The notes: a model not told the origin generated them from the sequence alone. Shown: positions 1 through 25,556, counted from the stretch's first letter. The stretch: DNA of 64,000 bases from Blastocystis sp. Blastoise (GCA_039096225.1 JBBPEB010000013.1:620001-684000); one strand, 5' to 3'. A program made the numbers and translations.

Positions 1-1
1 T

Positions 2-367
2 TCATTACTTATAATTATTGAAAGTACTGATGGATCTATATTTGGAGGCTTTACACTTGTAGGTCTCTCTGGTCATTCAGGATGGACAAAAGACAAAAAT
101 GCCTTTCTATTTACATTAAATAATACTCATAAGGTTCCTCCTACAAAATTTCATTGTCGTGCTGGTAAAACTGCTGTATATGAATTTACTAAAGATTATT
201 TGTTTTCTTTTGGAAGCAATGAAGTTTTAATTAGTGAGCATTGTGATCAAAATCAACTTTCTAGAACAAAAGAATTATGGAGTTATGATTGCCTATATGA
301 TAGTGAGCATTTACTCACACCTACTGAATTCTTTACAGTGAAAGATATCGAAGTTTATAGTTGTTAA
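2..367 (+). CDS. TLDc-domain protein, 3' end only (runs in from the window edge)
   Basis: Frame 2 reads LIIIESTDGSIFGGFT...WTKDKNAFLFTLNNTHKVPPTKF...FTVKDIEVYSC*, with typical TLDc motifs FGG, AFLF and IEVY; TAA at 365-367. Confidence 0.85.
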   Translation, partial: SLLIIIESTDGSIFGGFTLVGLSGHSGWTKDKNAFLFTLNNTHKVPPTKFHCRAGKTAVYEFTKDYLFSFGSNEVLISEHCDQNQLSRTKELWSYDCLYDSEHLLTPTEFFTVKDIEVYSC

Positions 368-664
368 ATTACTATTTTATAATTGTTATATATGATCTTT
401 TTTGTTTATTTAAAGTCATTAATTCAGAAAACTAAACTCTACACATATTAAATACATTAAAATAACTTTAAGAAAGACTATACTATTATAGAAAAGAGAA
501 CAAAAGAAATAGTATAAATAACATATTATATATATAATTGGGTTAAATAATATACTGAATATAAAATGTATTTATGGATATATATATATAGAGAAAACAA
601 AGGAATAGTTTGCGTAGCAAAAATAAATATAATTTGAAATATATAACTCTATTCATTGCGATTT

Positions 665-11364
<10,700 letters not shown>

Positions 11365-13186
11365 TTTGTTTCAATAATTAACTATATATTCTTGTTTTAA
11401 TAATTATGTATATCAAGAATCAGCTATTGAAATGAAATAAATCAATAAAATCAATGAAATATTTAATAACTTTTTTATTTTTTTAAAGATTAATTATCTT
11501 CTGCTAGATTTGGGACACTATCCGATCTTTCTTGATTCTTTTAAAAAAGTCTCTTTAAATGAATGAGAATTCATGTTTATCCTGTTTTAGTAGCGGGAAC
11601 CGAGTATAGTTTCTCCTAGAACACTATCGCAATTTATTAGACTTCCCCATGAATATTTATATCGAACAAAAAAGAAGACAAGAAAACAACAAAAAGAAAC
11701 CATTATTTTAATTAATGGTTTTTGTGGTCGAAATCCTTTCTTCGCTTTATTATGAAATCGTTGTTCATAAAGAAAGAAGATGTATTTCGTATACGATACC
11801 TAATTCTCATTAAAGGAGTGATTATTCAGAATGCATTTTCTTTGAAGATGATCATATCTTTTAGTGAATACCTATTTTTGTAGGAATCATGTATTCGAAT
11901 GTTATATGGTCACTAGGATATATGCGTAATTCTAATAATATCTTGATACCACTACGAAAAACATCGTTTTATTGATTCATACTTTTTCACTTTGACTTCA
12001 TGAAACCAACTATTTTTACGATTTACTACACAACTACATCATTTCATTTTTAATTTTTTTTCGACAACTAAACACCATGACTGACCATGTGACTATATGA
12101 AAAATGAGACTTGTGTTATGCATGCGAGTATATATTGTAGTGATCACCTTGAAAACATCATATAAGGATTCCAGCACTCAACAATGACTGGTGCTCAGGA
12201 AAATGTGCACGTAACAGGATGAACTTCCACTTAATCTGAGTTTAAATGCACTATTTTAGTTGTAAATACGATTCTCTTTCATATTAATGAAGAAAAACCG
12301 AGAGATGATGCCTTCTTCATCAAGAAAAGGACATTGTTTGAATCATGCCTTTCTCTTTACAATTGAAGTTTAATATCTTAAATATGTTGTTTACAAAGCG
12401 TATGCTCCTTGAAATATGATTTTAATGAAAATTGGGGTCAATTGAAAATGTAGACAAAATGAATTGAATCTATCTCAAAGTGGTGTTATTAGGATAGTAT
12501 AATGTCTAAATAATTATATTTATAAGGAAAAACGAGGTTTTAAGCATGATTTCAAACTTTATTTTAAAGTTTAAATGTTTAAATCAGATATTTTTATTTA
12601 TTACTGTATTTATAATAAATAGCATAATAAGTTTTAATACTCTTCAAAATATATGAAAGAATAATTAACAAGATACATTTAGAAAAGGAGAAAAGATATA
12701 GAAAGAAGTTAAAATGGAAGAAATAAATATTTAAAATGGAGATGAGACACATTCTTCAGATTTAATCAAAAAATGGCTACTTTGCCGCTTAAACCACATT
12801 TTTTTAGAAAAACTGAAATAATTGGTTGATTATTACTGTCAAAATAATCAAAACAATAAAAATAAGGATACATAAATAAATCAGGTCTCGAGATCTCGTC
12901 TAAAAATTGAATAATTCTCAGGCCTCCTTGAAGTTCTGTCATAGTTCTATCAAAAAATGTCCTAATTCTATACACAAATTATATTGTATATATTTTGGTG
13001 GGAATGTGTTGGGCAGTCCAGGATATTCGTTCATTCAATAAAATAATGCGAAAATATTTCCACTTCTTGTCAATAATCTTGATGAAAACCTTTTGTGGTA
13101 TAGTCATTTTTTTTGAAAGCTTGCTCATAGCTTATTTGACATTTAGATCTTATTAATCATTTCCTATCTTGAGTTAGAAGAACACC

Positions 13187-14441
13187 ATGTCAGATTTATT
13201 CTATTGTCAAGAGTTAATTGATGATCAATTCATTGAAGAAACTAAGACTTTTGATGATTCAGAGCATCGAGCAGCTATCGCATATGCTGCAAGCATGGAT
13301 ATAAGTGACGAAACTATGGGGATTTCCTACATTCCTGATTCGTCTTATGCTTCCTCTGTACAATATGATAATGATTTTATCAGTTATAGAGAGCAAGTCT
13401 ATGTGTGGCTTACAGATGTATGTTTCTAATTTATCTTGTACTCGCGACTTTACATTTTTTAATTTTTAAATATTTTAATTATCTTTTACTGTTTTGTCTT
13501 TAGTTTGCTGATGATCGTAAGACTTCACCATCTGTTGTCTATATGGCAATGAATTACTTTGACCGCGTATTATCGTGTAAAAAGATTTTGAAAGATCAAC
13601 TTGAAATTGTTGGACTCTTATGTTTCTATTTAGCTTCTGAATTGATTGAACGTATTCGTGATCACTTCTCATATGTATTTATTTATATTTATATATTTTT
13701 TATGTGTCTTTTATTTGTACGTTAGTGTAAATTTTTTTTTTTTAAGTTTTTAATAAAATTATATAGTATACAATCATGTATATATCTTTAGGATAAGGTT
13801 TTACAATTCTTTACGAATCGTGTGTCTTCTGAGGACATACGTCAATTATTAAATGAAATATTAAGTATATTAGGCTTCCGTTTAAATTGTTCTTCTCCTT
13901 TTTATTATTTACATGAAATTATTCTTGAAAATCATATTGAAGAACTTGAACCTTATGCTGAACAAGTACTTAAATTCATTTGTAAAAGTATATATAAATT
14001 GCTATTATTCATTTATTTTTTTATTATTTATTTATTAACTATTTTAATTGTTCATTTATTTTTTATTATTTATTTATTAACTATTTTAATTATTCATTTT
14101 TTATTATTAATTATAATATTCTATATAATTATTTTCTAGGTTATTCATCCATTGGTATTTTACCTACATATTTAGCGTATAGTGCTTATTATATATCTTA
14201 CTATAAAGCAACAGATAAACAATTTCCTTCTTTGAAGACTATTAATATAATCGTTCCCTTACATACGTTTTATCAAATAGTTACTATTTGTCGATTAAAT
14301 CAACTTATTAACTTTATAGAAGCAAATGATCTTTGTTCTAAAGCAGAATTGAATATTTCTCTCTTTAAGTCACAAACATATAATGATATTGATCAACTAA
14401 AAGACTCACCCATTTCTGTTCTTTGCCGTGAAATTCTATAA
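13187..14441 (+). CDS. Cyclin (D-type-like), 4 exons
   Basis: Cyclin box YREQVYVWLTD|FAD...YMAMNYFDRVLS...LEIVGLLCFYLASELIE...EILSILGFRLNCSSP; N-terminal FYCQE resembles the LxCxE motif; GT-AG introns. Confidence 0.85.
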
Positions 14442-16954
14442 ATTATTTTACTTATCTATTCTTTATAGGCTTATATTTTTATTTTATTAATTAGCTTTAT
14501 AGAAGATATTTTTCATATTGATTATATATATTATACGAAATTTATCTTCTTTACTTTTATAAAAAGAATTTCTCAATTTTTTTCTCAATTTTTCTTTTTC
14601 GTTGTTTCTAGATATATATTATTTAGTTATTTCATTTCTATATTGTAAGTTTATTAATTGTTTGTACTATTCTTTTGTCTAATTACTGATGAAGTCTATT
14701 TACACAATATTTTCTATTTTTTGTTTTACTTATTATATTTATATATTTATCTTTTTACTTTATTTTTTTCTCTCTTTTTCTTTTTTCTGTTATTTGGTTA
14801 TATTATGTGTAGCATACGTAAAATATATTTTTGTGTTTTGTTCATCTTAATTATATTAAAATATTTAATGATCATCTTCATTATATTAAACTATTTCATG
14901 TTTTTTTTTAAATAATAAATCAGTAAATTCTAAAAGGGGTCTTTCTAGTAAAAGACTTTTTTCTACTAAAAAATATTTTCTTACTCCTTTGATTTACTGA
15001 AAACTTTAATATTCGTTGATACTATAAACAGGTATATTGTTTATCTTTTAAAAATGAAGTTTAACACAAAAGAAAAAGAAAAATTGGCCAGAAGAAAAGA
15101 AATTAGTTTTCTAGCCAAAGAACTTTAAATAATATATTTTCATATGTTCATTGCAATCTACTGCATACATTCATGAATATATTGTTGTTATTAGAATTCT
15201 AATAAGGTCCATGAGAGTAATTGTGAAGCAGCCAAAATTAGATATGTATAGAATCTCCTATCCAAGCAATGCGTGGCCACTTAGAAGCAGATACTACTAA
15301 TTAAAAACATCTAGAACAAAAAAAAACTAATACATGAAGAAAACGAATGCTTTTTTATTAATTAAAAAAACCATAAAAATGATCTTATAAAATAATCATA
15401 AAACAATGACTTGCATTAATAAAATGTTTCCAGTTTCAAAGATTCCACATTGTCATTGTTTTCGCATGTTCTTCATCCAATTAAAATATGGGGCCTAAAT
15501 AGGAACCAAAAAAATGAATTTGAAAAAATAACGAAAAAGTGGGTTTTTCTAGAGATTTTCACGGGAATTATTTTGAACAAGTTTTAATGGAGTTTCTCCA
15601 AAAAATTATATTTCCTTATTTCTTTTTCACATAAATAGTTCATCTTCACACAAAAGATTCATATAAATATATGTATATTTGTCTTTTACATTCATTTTCA
15701 GAGATGATCTTCGCATCTTTGTACTGAATATCTGTGTTACAAAATGGTAATTGAGAAGAAATGGCTAAAACCTTTGTTGGTTTTCTTAAATTTTGTTTAG
15801 AAATATTCATATATATAGTCATTGTCAGTATTTATATGTATTATTTTATGTCTTAACATGAAAAATCACGAAAAACTATTTGAAATGAATAGAATCAAAA
15901 TGAGAAACACGTTCTTTCCTTTACTAAAAAAATAACAGAGAAAAGGTAATAATGATAATAGACGTTTCATTTTCTATTTATAGTTATTCATACTCTCTTT
16001 AATACTCAAGAAGCTCTTAAGATAAACATTATACAATGTTTCACTTGTATCCACTTGAGTTGTTTGAAAAATGTCATGTTCACTATGTTTCACGATAAAA
16101 CAAGATAATGTTGTAATGGATAAGCATGGCATAATATTTCAATAATGAAACAGTTAAAAAGTAATATATTTGAAATGATTATGATCAACAAGTGGAGAGA
16201 ACATGTTTTTTAATGAAAGATAAGATGTGTTTTCAATATGAGTTACATTTAAGAATACAAAGTACGGTATTTTTATTAATAATACTTTACATTTTTATTT
16301 GAAAAATCTTGAGTAGTGAGTAAGAATACCATTTGAAGCATGCTATAGTCATTTGTAGTTATTTTATGTTATAACCTGAATAGATTTAGGAATGTCATTG
16401 TCGTTTTTCCTTGAAATGAATTATTCTTTTAACTTTATTCGTTCTGTTTTATTAAAAGACTATAAAAATTTTTTTTTTACAATAAGGTAAGTGTTGTATT
16501 CATAAGTTAAGATTGTGATACTTTCTCAAAAAGAAAATATATAAGTTTATTAATGTATAAATAATCTTATGAGAATAATTAGTTATGTAGATTCCTAAAT
16601 TATTTCATATATATATATGAATATATTTTATTAGAATAATTAAATTATATTAATAAAAACAATAAGACTTGAGAATTACTATTTCTAGTAATAAAACTAC
16701 AAGAAAAAAAGTTCAATCAACGAAATAAAGAATACTAAAGTAAATAAGAAAATAAAAGAATAAAAATAAATGATGTTTATCAAAGATTCAAAAACTTTAG
16801 AATCGCAACATGTATTAAGTTTTAATATATATAAACTTAATTAACCCATTAATAAATACGAAAACTATACATTATAAATATATATAATAAATTGTAAATA
16901 GTATATAATAAATGTAATCTTAATAAAAAAAAAGATATATATATATATATATAC

Positions 16955-17214
16955 TTAATAGTTGAAAGGGAGATGTTCTACTTCGTCAATAATAAGACCA
17001 TAACCTGATATACTTGGGAATTGTTGATTCTTAACAGATAATAATTTAATATGTTTAATACCAATACTATTTAATATTTGGCATCCAATTCCAAGAAGAT
17101 GAGGATCATTAACCATATGAGGATGATTATCATTATCAGTTGATCTTGATTCAATATCTTTTTCATAATTCTATATATAATAATAAGTATAATAATAAGT
17201 ATAATAATAAGTAT

Positions 17215-17248
<34 letters not shown>

Positions 17249-17288
17249 GAATAGAATAGAATAGAATAGAATAGAATAGAATAATAAG

Positions 17289-17381
<93 letters not shown>

Positions 17382-17389
17382 TATAATAC

Positions 17390-17468
<79 letters not shown>

Positions 17469-19089
17469 TATAATAATGATAATAATATAATAATATAATA
17501 ATAATATAATATAATAATAATCTACATACAAAGTTATTATTTCTAAGAATAACAACACAGCCACTTCCTTCTTTCTGAATACGTTGAAGAACATAGTTAT
17601 AAACTTCGAAGCAGTTACATCCTGATTGAGGGAGATAAAGACCTAAAGGACATCCATTCATAACTCGAACTAAATAGGGAGAAGAAGAAGAAGGAGTACC
17701 CAGTTGTATAATAAGATGCTAAAGAATTAGGAAGGAATAAATAAATAATAGTCACAAGATATGTATATATGGATCTTATATTGATATATAAATATATATG
17801 TATATTTTAAAAAATGATAGAATAAAGAATGTATTTTATTATATTAAGAATACTAATATATGAATATATAGATAATAACTTAATATACATACAGTATTAC
17901 TATTAATTAAATCTTTAAATAATTTCACTGTAAAAGAACCATATTGAGTAGCAACATTCGAAGTTGTTTGAATACATGAAACAAGAGTTTCCTGCTGATA
18001 ACGGTATTTAATAAGATCTGCAATCGTAATCATCTTTATATTATGTTCACGACTAAATACCTATATATATATATAAATAATTATATAATATAATAATAAT
18101 AATAAAACTTTTGACTATACTAACAGAAGAAATAAACAAATAATAAGTATAATAATAATAATATAGTATATACTTCAAGTTGAGGTCTTCTCATCATAGT
18201 ACCATCATCACTGACGATCTCACTGAGTGCTCCCGCGGGATAAAGGCCAGCAAGACGAGCAAGATCTACAGTAGCTTCTGTATGACCATTACGAGTAAGA
18301 ACCTATATATATAAGCTAGAATTTCAAAAATAAAAAAAAAATAAAAAGAATTTTAAAAATAGAAAAGAATTTTAAAAAATATAAAAAAATTTAAATAAAA
18401 GAATATAAATAAAAAATAAAAAAAAATAAAAAATAAAAGAATATAAAAAAAAGAATAAAAAAAATATATATATAAAAAATAAAAGAATAAAAATAAAACA
18501 AAAAATAAAACAAAAAAAGTACATATATCTATAGATACACCTCCATTTCGATAACGAAGAGGGAATACGTGTCCAGGACGTTGAAAATCGCTAGCTTGAC
18601 ACTTGGGGTTACCCACCGCGTTTATTGTAAGACAACGATCATGAGCAGAAATACCTGTAGTTGTACCATGTCTACAATATAACATTTTATATTCAAATAA
18701 AAATTATATACATATAATTCATAGTATTATAAGAATAATAATAATCAATAGAAATACTTATAATCGATAGTAATAGTAAATGCCGTTTTCTTAGGATCTT
18801 GACTATGTTCAACCATTTGAGGAAGCCTATAGGAATATGTTAATTATAAATATATATCACAAAGTATCAAAAATAGTTACTCTAATTCCATTAATCTGTT
18901 TTCTGTTGTTGCTACACAAATAACGCCACCAGTATAACGAACAATAAATGCCATTTGTTCTACTGTAACCTTTTCAGCAGCTATAATGAGATCTCCTTCA
19001 TTCTCTCTATCTTCATCATCAACAACAATAAGCATCTCACCATTTCTAAATGCTTCAATAGCTTCTTCTATAGGAGTAAATACAGGCAT
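16955..19089 (-). CDS. ribB: DHBP synthase fused to a degenerate GTP cyclohydrolase II domain (RibBA/RibBX type), 7 exons
   Basis: [50 protein letters not shown]; C-terminal domain with C..CNC and [19 protein letters not shown]; six GT-AG introns. Confidence 0.9.
17215..17520. repeat. Compound (AAT)n/(AATAG)n microsatellite in the last ribB intron
   Basis: Directly visible; explains the poly-I and poly-Y ORFs. Confidence 0.9.
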
Positions 19090-19686
19090 TTTAAACAAAA
19101 ATATAAATTTGTGAATTTTTAGGGGACATTATTTTGTGAACAAAAAACATTCAGGAATATTCTCATAACAAATGTTTCTATTCCATTTTTCGATTTATTA
19201 AAAGTTTAAATAATTTAATGAAAACGTTAGTTTCTTTTATTCATTATTATATTGTTAAGTTTTATTTTTATTGCAAATTTTATATCTTCCTAATTGTCAA
19301 ACAATATATCAATATAAAACGGCAATCATTAATTATGTTCTTTAATTGAATATATATATATAAATTCATATCTGGACTTTCCTTGTATTAATTAATAATG
19401 AAGAATTATATATATATGTAATATTTCAATTTAATAAAAACGATAGACTTTTTAAAAATGAAAATGATTCTGAACACAACAGAGAGAATTTCAAAACACC
19501 TAAAGAATATTGCACAAATAAAAAAGGAGAGTATTGCCGAGAAAACAGAATTCTTAATAATACCAAGAACAAAACGATATAAATAAAAATAATTTTGAAG
19601 ATAATACAGCTTAAGAATTATGTATTGCAACGAGCATTACTAATAATATAAAAATTAATGTGACCCCTATTATATTGACATATTAT

Positions 19687-19872
19687 TTAATGGAAGAATT
19701 TTCCAATAATGTGGAGAACAATAACAACACCAATGAAAGCAACGCTAGCTACGAGGACATTCATAGGTTCTACAGCAAATCCTTTAGAATCAGAAGAATA
19801 AAAACTCATCATAGATGAACCAGAAGTACCCTTAGATTTATTAGAAGCAGCTCTATTCTTTAAACCAGACAT
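19687..19872 (-). CDS. SEC61B: Sec61 translocon beta subunit
   Basis: 61 aa; FYSSDSKGFAVEPMNVLVASVAFIGVVIVLHIIGK matches the Sec61beta C-terminal signature; intronless. Confidence 0.92.
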   Translation of the reverse strand: MSGLKNRAASNKSKGTSGSSMMSFYSSDSKGFAVEPMNVLVASVAFIGVVIVLHIIGKFFH

Positions 19873-20126
19873 TATAACAGTATGAACGAAAAAACAACAA
19901 AAAGAACGATAATGAAATTACTTCAGTATTAATTTTGACATGCAAAATGAATTATTTAGGTCCATCTCAAATATATGGCCCATTAGATCTGGGCTTCCAG
20001 TAGACGAACCGTCCACTTTTAGTGACCCTATTTCTGGAGTTTTGTTAGTTATATTCACGGTTATTTCTCATTTCTTTTTTTTTGAAAAACAGAATTCTTC
20101 AATTAATTTGTGCTTTTTTTGGCGTC

Positions 20127-20585
20127 ATGTATTTTTATAAGTGATTATTATCCTTTATAATGATTCTCATAGGCATGATAATATCACCTTTAAAATTTAT
20201 TTCACATCTGAACCTGAATTACCATTTAGAACTATTTCGGTTCCTGATAACACACCTATCATAGCCATAAATAAATTTTGCGCAGAACAAGTATTCTTAA
20301 TACAATAATCAACATTTTTTATATGTATAGTTTAAACTAAACTACGAGAAATATGAATTAAGGTCTATGGGTATATAAATACATATATTTGGTTTATGTG
20401 TAAATGGAAGAGAATTATTACATAAATTTTTGTGTTCTTAATGTGTTTACTTGTTTATATAACTTTTCTAAAACGTATATATCTTATTCTTGATTTCTTT
20501 AGATAATATATCAATATCAAATGATCAAATTTCAAGTACAGTGTTCTTAAAATATGGATATGAACTAAAATATACTCCTCTCTAA
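20127..20585 (+). CDS. Divergent UFM1-like ubiquitin-fold protein lacking the C-terminal glycine; start codon split by an intron (AT|G)
   Basis: Spliced product MHDNITFKIYFTSEPELPFRTISVPDNTPIIAINKFCAEQFKLNYEKYELRSMDNISISNDQISSTVFLKYGYELKYTPL* aligns by eye to UFM1 ([23 protein letters not shown]...FAAEEFK...VFLKHGSEL); three GT-AG introns. Missed by the ORF track. Confidence 0.8.
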
Positions 20586-20820
20586 ATGTGTCTAGTCATG
20601 TTTTTTTATATTTTTTTTCATATTTGTTTTGTAGATCTCTTTTGTATAATAATTTGTTATCAATTCTTTAAATGAAATAACAAACGACATACAGCATATT
20701 ATTTATAAATTTTATTGATTATTGTAGATGATAATTATATGAATTATACGTTATAATAGAAAAATAGAGAAGTGTTTTGTATTTTCAAGAATAAAAAGAG
20801 TATAGAAATAGTAAATTGAT

Positions 20821-21095
20821 TTACCACATGCCTTCATATACTTTTCTAGGAACATTCCAAACACGCATCTTACCAGGTACAGGAGGTAAATTCTTAGATT
20901 CATATTCAGACATAATTTCATCAGCATGAGCAGTCCAATACTATATAAATTATTAGTATTATTGTTATTATATATATATGTAATTATAAATTATAGAAAT
21001 TAAATTTACAAACAATGATTTTCAAGTAGTTGAATATATAATAAACAAGATAAGAATAAACATAATATATATCATAATACATTATAGAGTAAATA

Positions 21096-21134
<39 letters not shown>

Positions 21135-22114
21135 CAGAAGGTAAGTGAGTAGGTAATTGTTGAGTTACATATAATTCCCAATCTTCTGTTTTAATTGTTC
21201 TATAATCACGTAAAGCTTCTCCATTGACTTTCTTATCTTCCTATTTATATATAGTATTTAATATAGAATTCAAGAAATATGCATATATAATATATATCTA
21301 AAAAAAAAAAACTAAAAAAAAATTTAAAGAATACTATAAACTATTGTAAATAAATATAATTCTTGTTTAAATAAAATTAACACAAATATTATAAAAGCAA
21401 AATAATAGCTAATAATTAAAATAATAACTAATAAAAAAATAATATCTAATTAAATAATAACTAATAATTAAAATAATAGCTAATAAATTAAATAATAGTT
21501 AATAAATAAAATAATATCTAATTAAATAATAACTAAAATTAAAATAATAACTATACGCAAAATAATATCTAATAAAATAATAACTAATAAACAAAAAAAT
21601 ATCTAATAAACAAAAAAATAATATTGAATAGAATAATAATAAAAAGAAAACATATATATATATACAGGAATGAAATTGACTTTGAATTCATCTGAAAGTT
21701 TAGTTACAGAAGTAAGAGTTTCTTTGATATTAGCAGGAGCTTTAAGATTATCAGAAAGAACTACATGATATTCACGAGGGAATCTAGTAACGTCACGCTT
21801 GAAATGGTTGATATCATAAAGTCCATCTGTACTTTCAGTAGTAGGGATAACAGCTAAAGGTTGGGAACCAGGAGCAGGATAACGAAATCCTTCAGCTGTA
21901 ACACCTTCAGGAACAACACGAGTTCTCATAATAGGATTGGGATGGAAGATCATCCATTTATATACCTAATATATATTAGTACAAATAAAGAAATAGGATT
22001 CATACTTTTTGAATAAGACCAGTATTTTTAAACTATATGAATTACATAGATAATGTAGACTAAAAAGAAACTTACAGTATACCAAGCTTTATCGAGTCCG
22101 TTTCTGTAAGACAT
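20821..22114 (-). CDS. NDUFA7: Complex I accessory subunit, NDUFA7/B14.5a/NUZM-like, 5 exons
   Basis: FRYPAPGSQPLAVIP...LYDINHFKRDVTR and C-terminal LPPVPG; four canonical GT-AG introns. Confidence 0.7.
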
Positions 22115-23043
22115 CTTCTATCTTTCTTTTTATCTATAAAGAAGATTTTAGAAACATATCGGTATTCTGTACACATACAACTAGAAATAAGAAGAAATTA
22201 ATAGGAATAACAGTTATGAAACCGATTAATATAAAGATTATTTCTCTTCTAAGAAAAAAAGACGAAAAGTGGTACGCTATGAAAAGAGAACTCTTATCCT
22301 TATCATGAATTTTCTAATACCTAAACCATTCAAACTGTTTACGGATTATTGGAAATAAAAAGCTTATTTTTTTAATATATTCATGATTCGTTTAAGAGAA
22401 CCTTTCTTTCTTTTTTCTTATTATTTTTATAAAGTTAGAAGTAAAATGGATATTCAACATCATTCTACACATGTAAAAAGACCTAAAACTCGAATTCATA
22501 TTTCTAATATTAATAATATTTGTGTTCCATTAACCACAATTCTTTATTTTAAAGGTTTATTGATGGTTATCATTATTCATGATAAGTTTTATTGATATGA
22601 TTTTATGTATAATCAGTATTAAGCACTTTTTTTAACATACTGATAACTTCTTATGTTGATATTATAGAATTTATTAATGCTATTTTCACAGAGTATTTAT
22701 CATTATACTGTAATATTATAGAACTCGATGAATAACAGAATCATATATTTTGACATTGTCTTTCTATTCAGAATATTATTTTAAAAATTAGTTCGTTATA
22801 TATTAATACATATATTTCATTTTAAATAGGAAGACAAATATAAAAAAATAAAGAGATATTTTGAAAATAGACTTGAAAAAAGAAATAAAAAAGAAAGTCT
22901 TCATAATATTCTTTAGAAGTAGTTTCATGAGTATTTTTCGTCAAGCAACGTATAGAGTCATTATATAAACATGCCAGAGCAATATTGATTATGTATTCTC
23001 TAGTCATTTATTCAAGAGTGATTACTTGAACGAAGTTTCATCT

Positions 23044-23575
23044 ATGTTCGTTAAAAATCGCCTTCCTTGTTTTCAGGTGAATGCAAATAATATAAAAGTA
23101 AATTTTGAATATCACTTAATACCATAGAATCTAGGTCATTCACAAGCCAGATGGTTTTTACAATACACTTCTCGTAAATACTGTTTTGTTATAAATTATC
23201 AAATGATATATATACAATAGAAAGAAACACAAACAGCTAAAACTCGAATATATTGTTCTTCTTTATATCTTGGAAATGAAACTCAAGAAAAGAGTTTTGT
23301 TTCTACATTAAAAGAAGCTTTATATAATACTCCTTCTATTAAAATGAACTGGATTCTTGATGGAGTATATAATTAAATTATACAATTTATTGTTATAATT
23401 ATTTTATTTATTTATTTATTAGCTTGTTTTATATATAATAATTGTTATTCTTATGTTTCTATTTATTTTCCCTATTATCTATATTATTATAATGATATAG
23501 TGTCGAGGCACTAGGGGTCATGGCGACTCGTCACTCGATCTTCTTCTTCCCTTACAACAAACATTTCCAAATCAG

Positions 23576-23613
<38 letters not shown>

Positions 23614-24221
23614 CTCGATGTTATACTGTTTATTTTTATTTTATATTCTAATTATTATTATATATAAACTTTATATATAGATTTACGATGAAATATTTTT
23701 ATTTTCCTTTTTATTTCTCGAAAACTTGTTCATTTCTAAAAAAGATCCTTCCTCAGAAAGTACTTGAAATATTCAGTATATATATAATGTTATTAAAGAT
23801 ACATAATATTAATAATAATCATTCATGATAATATAAACCTATTATTATTTATTAATATATGCCTTCTAGATGTCTATCACATAAAGATATATATATTTGA
23901 TAATAAAGTCATTCTTTCAGGAGCAAATCTCTCAAAAACCTATTTCACAGATAGAATCGATCGATATATAATGATTGAATCACAACAATTAGTTGAATAT
24001 TATATAAAAGTATTAAACTGTATTTCTAATGCCTCATCTTCAGTGGATTCCCATGGAAAAGTCACATTGAATAAGCCTTCAACAACATTTATTTCTTTAT
24101 TCAAACAAGCATGTCTTTTAAATAGTTCAAATAACCACGGGAATATGAATAGTACAGAAGCAACAGTAGACGTTACGTCTATAAATAATTGTATAATATA
24201 TTCTAATAGCGATAGTTTACG

Positions 24222-24266
<45 letters not shown>

Positions 24267-24655
24267 CTTCTTACAAACTGTCTTCTCTAGCATCCACTCA
24301 GGTTCCCGCCACAGAAATACCGCCTTTTGTGTACTTATATCCTACCTTTCAGTTACACCCAAAACCGTACAACATTGATACTGACAAGCACGTGCTTCTC
24401 TCTTTACTGTCCCTCACTAATACATATAATAATAAACAAACATTCATCTCTTCAGGTATCTATTAAATAAAATAACTTTTATCAACTATATTTAGGTTAT
24501 TTGAATATTCCTAAATATTTAACAAATTGTTTTACTCCGAAAACACAATCTGAAACACAAGTATCCTTTATTACATCCTCTCCTCAAGCCAATTCTTTCT
24601 TTCAAGATCCCTCTTATCCCTCTCATATTCCCCTACTTTATTCACATGTATATCC

Positions 24656-24711
<56 letters not shown>

Positions 24712-24835
24712 TATAGGAAGAAGAAGTATTATTCAAACGATTAACAAAACAAAAGATTAATTTTAAAATGTATATTATATATATTATTTATATAATGTAT
24801 ATAATGTATTTTTTTTTTATATAATGTACATAGTG

Positions 24836-24868
<33 letters not shown>

Positions 24869-25147
24869 GGTATGAATATAATCATGCTACTTGGTCATTC
24901 CATGCGAAGGGGCTCTGGATTCAAGATATTTTAGGTATATACATATATCATTATTATTACTATATATATTATTATATTTTGTTTATAGTTATTGTTGTTT
25001 TTTTTTTAATTGTATATTATATAATACTAATCAATAAAAATCCATTCATATACATATATATTTCTCTATAAATATTACATATTCCTTTCTATACAATAAA
25101 TATATAAAGATAAATCAAAAGAAATGATAGCTACAATAGGTATATCC

Positions 25148-25178
<31 letters not shown>

Positions 25179-25556
25179 TTAGGAAGTCCTAATTTTGGAC
25201 AACGAAGTATGACTTCAGATTTCGAAACACAATTATATATGATCTCTGAAAACCGTGATTATATCCTTTTTCATTTATTCAATATTTTATTACTATAATT
25301 AATATTCAAATATATATCCTTAACAATGTACTTATATCAATGATGAATAATGAGATTGATGATATTTTCTTTTCAAAAGATGTATTCTTTATTATATATA
25401 TATATATAATATATATTATTTATTCTATTTATATTATAGAATCAAACCTTACAATCCAATACGTTTCAAGATCCCTCACGAATCCCTCCTGCGTCAACAA
25501 TTCATCATCCATTAGCAATTCGATTCTTAGCATATCTTGGGAAATATACTTTATAA
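23044..25556 (+). CDS. PGS1: Phosphatidylglycerophosphate synthase (PLD superfamily), multi-exon
   Basis: SSLYLG, ILDGCRGTRG, HIKIYIFDNKVILSGANLSKTYFTDRIDRY, SGYLN, WSFHAKGLW, IGSPNFGQRS..DFE. Confidence 0.9.
25255..25319 (+). other. Non-canonical GT...CC intron in PGS1
   Basis: GAA AAC C|GTGATT...TATATATCC|TT AAC AAT; read-through hits TAA; no AG in the intron; upstream exon also ends in CC. The donor is atypical, so confidence is lower. Confidence 0.65.

Noticed and set aside
11500-13130. Coding-like fragments and a 69-aa ORF (12766-12975) between BEACH and the cyclin
   Set aside because: Frequent stops, no recognisable motif or termini; cannot support a gene or element call.
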